A program made the translations under genes and the position numbers. A DNA stretch of 64,000 nt. Origin: Octopus bimaculoides (taxonomy: Eukaryota). Shown in pieces: positions 63,698 through 64,000 of this stretch (positions are counted from its first letter, which is position 1; every line of letters begins with the position of its first letter). The notes beneath the pieces are model-generated. The model made no database searches. It was given only the letters and a program-made list of their open reading frames with translations, and was not told the origin of the DNA. The DNA lies in contig NC_068991.1 in the NCBI RefSeq assembly GCF_001194135.2, positions 41,161,571-41,225,570 of the forward strand. Direction: 5' to 3'.

Positions 63698-63951
63698 ATG
63701 ATGCTGTTCAAAGCCTCCTCTGCTACTTTCCTTGCTCTTGGAGTAGGATTCATCCTCGGTGCCGGAGGATCTATCCTGTTCATGAAATACACAAATGATA
63801 GGCATGTTTTTGGAGTTTTGGAAAACTTGCTCATCAAAATCGATGAATTGAAATACCAAGTCGATAGTTTGAAAGAAGTTAATGCTGTGAAGAGGAATTA
63901 TTCCCCGCTGGGGAGTAGCGGAGACGAGGAGTTTGTCGACGCGCAAGGAGG
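63698..63951 (+). CDS. First coding exon of a probable RMDN2/RMDN3 (PTPIP51)-like mitochondrial outer-membrane protein
   Basis: ATG at 63698 is the first in-frame ATG after a stop at 63632. The peptide has a hydrophobic Gly-rich segment (TFLALGVGFILGAGGSILF), a heptad-like stretch (VLENLLIKIDELKYQVDSLKEV) and an acidic FFAT-like motif (SSGDEEFVDA). It ends at a strong donor G|GTAAGT (phase 2) in a CpG-rich region. The family call rests on architecture and synteny; the TPR domain would lie outside the window. Confidence 0.6.
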
Positions 63952-63962
63952 GTAAGTTTATT

Positions 63963-64000
<38 letters not shown>

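Overview
AT-rich, repeat-dense animal genomic DNA. The SINE, LINE and MITE families suggest an octopod cephalopod (inference from repeat content). It has three assembly gaps. One complete host gene is recognisable: GCHFR/GFRP (GTP cyclohydrolase I feedback regulator) on the minus strand. It has 3 coding exons (43304-43269, 24277-24183, 20788-20617), encodes 100 aa, and has a 19 kb first intron. At the right edge, divergently oriented, is the first coding exon of an RMDN2/RMDN3 (PTPIP51)-like protein (TM helix, coiled coil, FFAT-like motif), which mirrors the head-to-head RMDN3-GCHFR pair in human. The rest is transposon debris: RTE, R4/Dong, HERO and CR1-like LINEs, mariner, Tigger, Chapaev3, a hAT with an 8-bp TSD, piggyBac-type MITEs, a Helitron end, a solo LTR and several SINE families. 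The most notable observation is a tRNA-headed SINE-like element with a minimal Penelope-type hammerhead ribozyme. It occurs twice as a head-to-head palindrome, each time bounded by one 12-bp target-site duplication. A few unassigned exon-like segments are reported at low confidence.
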